In this document: positions 55,352 through 64,000 of the stretch, piece after piece
How the letters are laid out: every line of letters starts with the position of its first letter
Position numbering within the stretch: the first letter of the stretch is position 1
From: the human T2T-CHM13v2.0 reference genome, Homo sapiens
DNA: 64,000 nt
Strand: one strand, 5' to 3'
NCBI RefSeq assembly: GCF_009914755.1
Contig: NC_060925.1
Made by a program: the position numbers and the translations under genes
Notes under the pieces: model-generated
What the model was told of the DNA's origin: nothing
Database searches by the model: none
What the model saw: the letters and a program-made list of their open reading frames with translations, nothing else

Positions 55352-55861
55352 TGTAATCATACCAGGCATTGCCTAATGTGCAGCAAGTCAATACACCAAG
55401 ATATTGGTTTGCAGCAGAGAAAGTTTTAATCATAAGGCTGCCAAATGAAGAGATGGGAGGAAACCTCAAATCCATCTCCGTGGAGAGCTTGGGTCTAGGT
55501 GTTTTAAGGAATTTGGACAGGTAGTAGGCCAAGGTGTTGACTGGTTGAAGAATGAAGGGTGAAGTCACGGGACAGAGAGGTAAAGAAATAGCATTCTCAT
55601 GCTGACTTGGTTTCTTGATGGGAACCAAGGACTAGTTGGCATCAGCTGTTCTGAAAAACATCTCAAATGGGAAGTCTTGTGCCCCTGATGTTAAAGATGC
55701 TATTTATAGGAAAAATGAGGAAGTTAGAGTTTATGTCCTGGCCTACATGGTCCCTAAGCAGCTACAGGGAAGTTAGTCAAAGGATAATCTGATTAACATT
55801 TATCTGTACTTTTGTCTAATGCCTGCATATAATTCTTATTAATGCTATGGGAACAGTTTCA
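55352..55861 (-). mobile_element. MER67/MER31-like ERV1 solo LTR
   Basis: ttgcagcagagaaagttttaatc...gagatgggaggaaacctcaaatccatctcc...aacagtttca. Confidence 0.7.
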
Positions 55862-55883
55862 TGTATATTTCCTAAGATAGAAA

Positions 55884-56348
55884 TGTTGCTCTCAGGATCT
55901 GGCATTCTTATCCTACTTACAAGCTAACAAGTTAACCTGTTACTATTTCCCGGATGCTGACAGAAGATATGAGATTTCTAGATCTGTCATAAATGACATT
56001 ATTACTCACAGCTTGTCCAGCAGCATGAGTTTATGTTTATGTCAGGTCCCTTTGTCTCCTCCTCATCTAATTCCTGCAGGGGCAACTTGAAGCAGCCCTA
56101 GCGAATGCTGCACACGTAATGGGTTTGCATCACAGTGGAGGAGCTCTGAGTTTGGGGACTCCACCTCCACTATAGCAAGCCTGCTCTTTGTTCCAAAGAG
56201 TCATTACCTCATTCCTCAAGGTTGCTCGCTGCAAACATGACCCTGAGCAATGACCCAGGCAAAGAGTGATCAAGGCCTGCATTCTTGAAAAATGCAGCAA
56301 GGATGTGCAGGGACACTCAGAGCTCATAAAGGATTGCCTCTCCCAACA
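55884..56348 (-). mobile_element. ERVL solo LTR (MER76/LTR52-like)
   Basis: TG...CA ends; acaagctaacaagtta and gcctgcattctt...gtgcagggacactcag...tctcccaaca. Confidence 0.6.
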
Positions 56349-56929
56349 GTTGCTACAAGGTTTTGGCAAAAGGCCTAGGTCATATGGTCTAAACTATAAG
56401 GTAATATTGGGTTCAGATGCAGGGAAGAAATCAGGGCTTTTAAAAAAAATCTTTATCCATACAAACCATGCAACTCCTAATGAAAAGGGCTAAAATAATT
56501 TTTGATAATATATGGGGAAAATGTTTTATAATAAAATAAATTTAATATAATTTTGTACTTTTAAAAAATAATTATTCAAGGTTTTGATACTTAATTTCCT
56601 TCCTCATTTCAAGGACCTCTCAGATGCTTCTTTCACCAACTTGCTTCAATATAATCAATATCCTGGATTTATGTACAGCTTCCTCATTTCACCTGGGATC
56701 AAAGTTCCTTTATCCTTATCTCTTCTTATGAGAAAAAATACTTGCCCTTATAGACACACTCTTCATCAGAGGAAAATCTCCAGTTTGTCCTTTCATGCTG
56801 CAGCTATCCACTCTGGCTCTATTTCCCATATTTGGCAGAAAGAAAAGATCGTAGCCACACAGACCATCTCTGTACTGAGGATTATTAGCAAGCTCATTTC
56901 TCATCTTCATTTGCTTCTTCTTTTTTTCA

Positions 56930-57160
56930 GTCATAATAAAAAACTACCATTCACTGAGTGTCATTTCTGGGTCAAGCAGAGTGTTCTGAGTTATTTACAT
57001 GTATTGTCTCATTTATTCCTCACAACAACATATTATATTTATAGAGGTGCTTTATCATACCCATTTTATAGATGGAGAAACTGAGTTACAGAGGAGTTCG
57101 ATACCTTGTCCAAGTCAGGCAGTAAGTAAGTGTTGTAAGTAGATTTCAAACCCAGATAAG
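56930..57160 (-). mobile_element. MIR
   Basis: ctcatttattcctcacaacaac...cccattttatagatggagaaactgag...ttcaaacccag. Confidence 0.8.
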
Positions 57161-57558
57161 TGAATGAAACCATGATGAATGAATTAGGAGAGAATCTCAG
57201 GGCCAGAAGAGTGGGCCTTGTTGCTGCTCTACTCATGAGTCCTCAGACACATTTGGCATTTTCACGGATCCGAGCTCCTGCTATTTCCCCACTCCCAACA
57301 GCCAGCATTTAAATCTCCTTTTCAAAGAACTTGCCCTCAGGCTGCTGTTACCTCTTTTGCCTAGGTGCAGAGAGCCAGAAGTGCCTAGAAATTTACGTTC
57401 CCACAGGGACAGCCCTAAGCCAACATCTGTGGTGCAGCAATATAAATGTTTTTGCTCCCTTACACTAATGAGGATCACTCTGAAATACGACCGCCACTGT
57501 TTTTGGAACTCCCCTGCAGTAGTGAGACAAAATTATCTTTTGTGCAACTTTGATACCA

Positions 57559-58293
57559 TGTTTTGGGAGCCCCCAGCGAAAGTGGGGTTCCGGTACCAGA
57601 GTAGCTGGCAATCCTGCCCCAGTGAGACATGAAGGGGAGTTAGGCATGGGTATTTACAGTGTCCCTTTCATGGGATACTTCTTTTACCTGGTGGAGGACC
57701 TAATACCCAGTTGTCTGACCCATGACCAAGGGTCCCTCACATAGGAGACTTGTTTATACTGGAAAACACCCTTGTGGTCAGGTCTGACCCATGTCCAACT
57801 TATGCCTGCTTGAGTATCGTTCTGGTGCAAGGAGTCCAACTTTGTGTTCTCCTGGGGCATCCTGGGGCAAACCTAGCCTAGAGTAGCTCCTGGTTCTTCA
57901 GAAGGAAGACTCAAATTCAATACACTACCACAATAGGAAATAAGTTCAAAGACTTATTACTTACAAATCCTAGGCAGGGAGGGCACAATGAGTTGGGAGG
58001 CAGTCCCCCTGCCCCCGGTCACACAAGGCAGGAATAAAGAATCAGGCAGAGAGACTGAGAGTGTGGAAACTAGCAGTATATGTAAGGGAACAGGGTGCAG
58101 GTCACTTTAAGTTCAAGGGTAAATGCCTGAATGGTCTATTTAAAGGAAGCAGCAAGAAAAGCAGAGAATCCAGTCTGCTAGGCAAAACAGATGCCTCTAA
58201 GTTCCCATCTTCGGCCACCGGTGTGAGTCATTGGGGTGTGGTGTTCTACTTCTAATGCCTAGGGGGAAACCTTACTGCGTTGTTCCTGTTGCA
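57559..58293 (-). mobile_element. MER54-like ERVL LTR inserted in the 5' LTR16
   Basis: TG...CA ends; gtccctttcatgggatacttc, ccacaataggaaataagttcaaag and tttaaaggaagc; LTR16 sequence resumes after it. Confidence 0.65.
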
Positions 58294-60783
58294 CTATATC
58301 CTCATTCGGTATCTTTCTTCCAAGTTCCACTTCTCCACTCCCTACCAGACTTTCTTTGAAGCATTTCCTAATAAATCATTTTCAATAAATTCTCAGTTTA
58401 GCCTCTGCTTTTGGAAACCCAACCTAAGATAGCTGGTTCCATGCTTGGTCCTAAAAAGCAGACTCTCAGGATAGGATTTTAGAACTGGATCACTCACTAG
58501 ACAAATGCTAACAAGAGACCCACTGTTATGGGGAAATAGAGTGTAGACATCCACTAGCATGCTGCCCCAATTGCTAAGACTTTTATTTGTAGTGAATTTG
58601 GATAGGATACAGATGGAAGGGGATGCACTGGCATGCGTGATACCTATATTAGTTGAAATGTATGGGAGATTTGGTAAAAGACCGTGGAGTTGGGTTACTG
58701 CCACTTACAATCGATGAACTGAAAAAAATATATGCAATTAGTAATTCGGGGGAAAATGCAAGAGCTAGAATATCTTTATGGCAGTGTTTAAAGATATCTT
58801 TATCCACTGCAGCCAGACAGTAGACTATGCTTAAAATCAGGCACAGGCCTTGTTAGAAGAGTAGCAGAGCCACAACAATGGGTGAATTTGAAGCCTGAAA
58901 GTACCTTACAGAAGGCCAGATATGTTGACAGCCACATAATCTGGATGCAGAATCTGAACTGACACTAAAAACAGGCCCTGTTAGAGAGGAGACATATAGA
59001 CATCAAGAGATAAATGCAGTCCTGGACCAAGTCTAGCTTACAATGTGTTAATGGGTCCACAAGGTGTTCATTTCCATTGTCCCAGAGTATATAACTGACA
59101 TTGACATATTTTACATCTGGCAGAACTCTTATACTGGTTACTTGACCTGCAGAGTAAATGCAATCATGGTAGGAAAGGTCAAGAGGAAGCCTTTAAAAAT
59201 GCCTCCTTTCCTGGCCAAAATAGTAATGCAGAAAAAATACTGTATCCCAGGTAGAATAACAGTGATTAATACTACACTCAACACCTAAAGGATTGGTTAC
59301 TCTAGCAAACAACATTTAATTCACCAGTCGAGCCCTTGCAAAAAAAAAAAAAAATGTGGATTCTGGTAGATGATGGTAGACTATCTCACACTTAGTTAAT
59401 CTATGTCCCTAATCACAGTTGTATGTGAAGTATGTTATCTTTACTATAAGGGATCAGTACAGCCTCGTTACTTGATATGTGCCTATTTATCTGGTGAACA
59501 AATTCTTTTCAATATCAATCAGAAAGATAGATCAGAAGTACTTGATTTCACATAAGACAGATAACATTACATTCATAGTCTTGCTCTGGGACTATGTTAA
59601 CCCCCCTGCCCTCTGTTTCAATATAGTATGAAGAGGTGTGGATCATTTGGATAGTCCACAAAACATCAGGTTAGTCTGTTAAAATAATGACGTAAGTTAA
59701 TTAGACCTGATAATCAAAAAGTGACAAGAACCATAGATGCCCTGGCAAGAAATATGCCAGGGAGAAATATAACCCTAAAAATAGTCAAGAACTTGCTGCA
59801 TTCGTGAAGTTTTGAGGAAGACAGTAGTCTGGACATAATGGAACATCCATCCCCTCCATGGTAAAGAACAAGCTATTGTGCCTTACACCTCCTTCCACCC
59901 AGAAACTGGGAAGCCTATTCTGATTTTAGAAGCAACATATTCTGCACTTGGAAAAACTACTGCTGTGATCAATTTATTGGGGCCATAACACACTGCCAGT
60001 TTCAAGTAGAATGTCCAAAGAAAAAGAGAATTCTACAAGTTTAGACTGTGAGGCAAGGGGACCTGCCTGCACATGAACCAGCAGACATAACAGTGATAGA
60101 ATACACAGTGGAGAAAACCATCATGCAGAGTTTTTGACCAGTCAAAGGAAACAAATTTCCATTTGCATGCTTTCTGCAACAGGGAATTATACACCATTTG
60201 AAAAACAACTACTAGCATACTATGGCAGAGATGAAGTGTCTAACTATGAAGTATCAAATGAACATATCACTAGAGCTGTCCCTCATGAGTTCGGCGCTAC
60301 AAGACATACAAAATCATAGAATCAGGTAGGCACAGGAGGAGACCATCAGGCTTGAGAAGGTCCCTAAACAGATGCCCAAGAATCCCATTTGACTCATCTC
60401 TGCTGCACTGACACTGTCCATGGTCTCATGGAGTAGAATGGAAAGGAGTGAGTTCCATACAACCAGCTAATAGAGGAGAAAAAAAATGCCTAGTTCTTGA
60501 ATAAATTAACTCAATATTGGTGTGAGCCAAAAATAGACTGCTGCCCCACTATAACCCCAGGAGTGACCTTATTCTTCACAATGGGCAGAGCTTTCAGTAA
60601 TGTGCCTTATTATCCACTTTATATGGAGAGAAAAGTGGCTCATAGTAAGGGTATATATAGACATCTGTTTTGTGGAAAATGGCCTGGCTCGTTGGTCAGG
60701 GACATATAAGGAGTAAAGATAAAAATTCAGGGACAAGAAGGTATGAAGAAAAAGCACACAGAAGGGCCTATAAGAATGGACAG

Positions 60784-61236
60784 TGGTATGGTTTGGCTGT
60801 GTCCCCACCCAAAATTTCATCTTGAATTGTAATCTACTAGACAGACTCTAAAACTGTCTTAAAATTCTCAAAGAACCAAAGAAAGATGTTGAAAAAAAAA
60901 ATCTCATCTTCAATTGCAAACCCACATGTCAAGGGCAGGACCAAGTGGAGGTAATTGGATCATGGGGGTAGTTTCCCCCATGCTGTTCTCATGATAGTGA
61001 GTCAGTCTCTTGAGATCTGATGATTTTATAAGCATCCGGCATTTCCCTGCTTGCACTCACTCTGTCCTGCCACCCTATGAAGAAGGTGCCTGCTTCTCCT
61101 TTGCCTTCCACCATGATTGTAAATTTCCTGAGGCCTCTCCAGCAATGTGGAACTGTGAGTCAGTTAAAACTCTTTCCTTTATAAATTACACAATCTCAGG
61201 TATTTCTTCAAAGCAGTGTGAGAACGAACGAATACA
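60784..61236 (+). mobile_element. THE1D-like solo LTR with a 66-nt insertion
   Basis: tggtatggtttggctgtgtccccacccaaa...ggcatttccctgcttgcactc...aataca, inserted in the proviral RNase H region. Confidence 0.9.
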
Positions 61237-61864
61237 GATACCAAATGTCAGGATCTGCATGCTACACATTAACGCCCATCAGAAAGAATCTGATGTAAAG
61301 GAATTAAACAACCAAACAGGCAAAACATCTCATCTAGCAATTATCATCAAGACTCTGTCCTCAGCCATCACATGCTTGCATGGTAAGAACATAAATGTAA
61401 TAGCCGTGGTGGCAGAGATGGGTTTAATAGTAAGAGATTTCTCTTACAAAGACTAATTTCAATATTGCCACTTATGAATGTCTGACCTATCAACCACAGA
61501 CACTGATGCTGGGATCTAGATATGGTGCCATCTCTCAAGGATGCCAACCAGCCACTTTTTTTGCAGGTAGATCACACTGAGCTCCTTTCACCTTAGAAAA
61601 GGCAGAGATGCATCCTCAAGAGGATTGATATGTATTCCAGGTATAGGTTGGTCTTTCCTGCCTATGGTACCTCAGTTAGTATCACTATCCAAGTGCTTAT
61701 ACTGATTAGCCAATATAGGATTACATATAATAATGTCTTAGACCAAGAAACCCATTTCCAGCCAGTGAGGTTCAACGCTGGGCACATGATCACAGGATTC
61801 CTATGTTATACCACATCCAGGAGTTACCAGCTATATACAACATAGACTATCCATTGAAAATGTA

Positions 61865-62176
<312 letters not shown>

Positions 62177-63699
62177 CTAAGCTGCCAGATAAAAAGATAA
62201 AAGATGAAATTCCACAAAAATGAGGTGCTATCAAGATGTGGTATATACCTTGAACCAATAATAATATGTTGCTATGTCTTAATAGTTAGAATATCTGGGT
62301 CCAGGAATCAAAAGATGAAAGCAGATGTGGCCTCTTTTATCTTCATACCCAGTGATCCATTAGGAACTTTGTGTTTCCTAGTCCTACAATGTTATATTTG
62401 GCAGATCTAGGGGTACTGGTTCCCAGGGGTGGGAGTGGGAAGGAAATGCTTTCACTAAGGGACACAGTAAGGATCCACTGAACCTAAAGCTAATCATTTT
62501 GGGCTCCTCAATACAGTAGATCAGCAGACACAGAAAGGAGTTTCATTCTGGCAGGAAGTATTGACCTAGACCATCATGAGAAGGTAGAGTTGCTGCTAGC
62601 TAAGAGGGGCAATGAAAAGTAAGTCAGAAAGTCTGAGAATTCACTAAAGAGAAGCAGTGCTTTCTTCCCTGAAGCACCTTCTCTTGGTGATGCCATGCCC
62701 AGTTTTAACTATGAGTGAGAAAGAACAAGATTCATGGGAGGAACATTCATGGGAGGGACATGATTACCTAACCCTCAGAACGCTCTGGAAAGAATATCTG
62801 TGTCGTTTCAACTGGAAAGCAATCTAGATTAGTAGAAATCCTGCCCATGCAGGAAAGGAGTTTAGGATGACTGGTGGAGAAAGGAGTTGATAGGTATGGT
62901 CTCAGTTAAACAGTGGGAGCTGTAGCTTATTCCATTAACCATCCTCTTGTAAGTCCTTTTATTTACTTAGAATTTGTAACTAGCCACAAAACCACAGGAT
63001 CAATCAAATAAACTTACATGAGATGGAAGTGGCCCTGAATGGTATAAGGGGTGGAGTGTAGTTAGTCTTCCATCTGTGTTCCCTTAGATCCCTTAGCCAC
63101 TTTTGTGCACATCGGCTCTCAGTTTGCTTTCATTCCCAGCAGTAAGCACCTATGTATCTTCATTGGAAGACTTCACTTAGGTTTCTAGAAGTCATGTTGC
63201 CTGCACACACATAGCACAGCCAGAAGTACCTGAGAACTGACATGGCCCCAGGGGCAGCACTTAACCAATGACTGATAGATGTGAGGTATAAATACTCCAC
63301 CTCCTTTACTTCATTATTAGAAAAAATCTGAGGTGTGACCTACATTGTCCCCAGAGTTCGCTGCAGAAGTGATATAAAATTCCCTTTAAGGGACTTCGTT
63401 TAATTCCATACCCCCACTCAATCTCCTTCCTTTCCAGTGCCACATTTCCACTTCTCTACTGGTTTTTCCTGGGATTATGTTCTAATGAATTATTTTAGAA
63501 AAATATAGTAAATATACTATTAAATATACTACTAATCAAAGCTAATAAAACCAGATATATAAGATATATTTTGGCCAGACATTTTCAAATTTATGTAGAC
63601 TGACAAAGAGCACAAAATATAGCAAAATGTAAAAAGGTGTAGAAAGCACTCTGAGAAATTTTGAAAGAATTTTCCATTTGCACCCTTGGCTCCAAAGAA

Positions 63700-63978
63700 G
63701 AGAGAATCTCACTCTGTTGCCCAGGCTGGAGTGCAGTGGCATGATCATGGCCCACTGCAGCCTCAACCCCCGGACTCAAACTATCCTCCCATCTCAGCCC
63801 CTCAAGTAGCTGGGACTAAAGGCGTGCACCACAACATCTGGCTAATTTATCTATTTTTTGTAGAGACAGGGTTTCGCCATGTTGCCCAGGCTGGTCTTGA
63901 ACTCCTGAGTTCAAGTGATCTGCCCACCTCAGCCTCCCAAAGTGCTGGGATTACAGGTATGAGCCACTGTGGCCAGCC
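63700..63978 (-). mobile_element. AluJb-like element lacking a poly(A) tail
   Basis: Antisense dimer with cactgcagcctcaacc and atcctccc J diagnostics; no poly(T) upstream. Confidence 0.9.
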
Positions 63979-64000
63979 TAAATACTTTCCTTCTATTCAT

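Noticed and set aside
56584-57084. 166-aa ORF
   Set aside because: It has a non-ATG start, runs into an antisense MIR and has no domain similarity.

Overview
Primate (probably human or great ape) genomic DNA, repeat-rich and with no recognisable intact protein-coding gene. The only host-gene-derived sequence is a 5'-truncated, disabled, intronless QRSL1 (mitochondrial GatA) retrocopy on the minus strand at about 31.5-32.8 kb. The rest is layered transposon sequence: roughly 25 ERV1/ERVK/ERVL/MaLR LTRs, a near-complete ancient ERV3-16A3/LTR16-type provirus (57.2-63.5 kb), a MaLR element with internal sequence, old and young L1s, L2/MIR, about 10 Alu-family copies, and Tc2 and hAT DNA-transposon fossils. 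I see no evidence of a new gene system. The best signals are mechanistic. (i) A young L1 inserted antisense into an older L1 and was truncated at the position homologous to its own target site, making an ~800-bp-arm palindrome. (ii) A MaLR internal region is bounded by LTRs of two different families (MLT1A and MLT2). (iii) An LTR22 has its tRNA-Met primer-binding site inside the target-site duplication. (iv) There are several template-switch or duplication scars and a few candidate enhancers and non-coding exons. Repeat subfamily names come from recalled consensus sequences, not a database search. Boundaries without a TSD are approximate.
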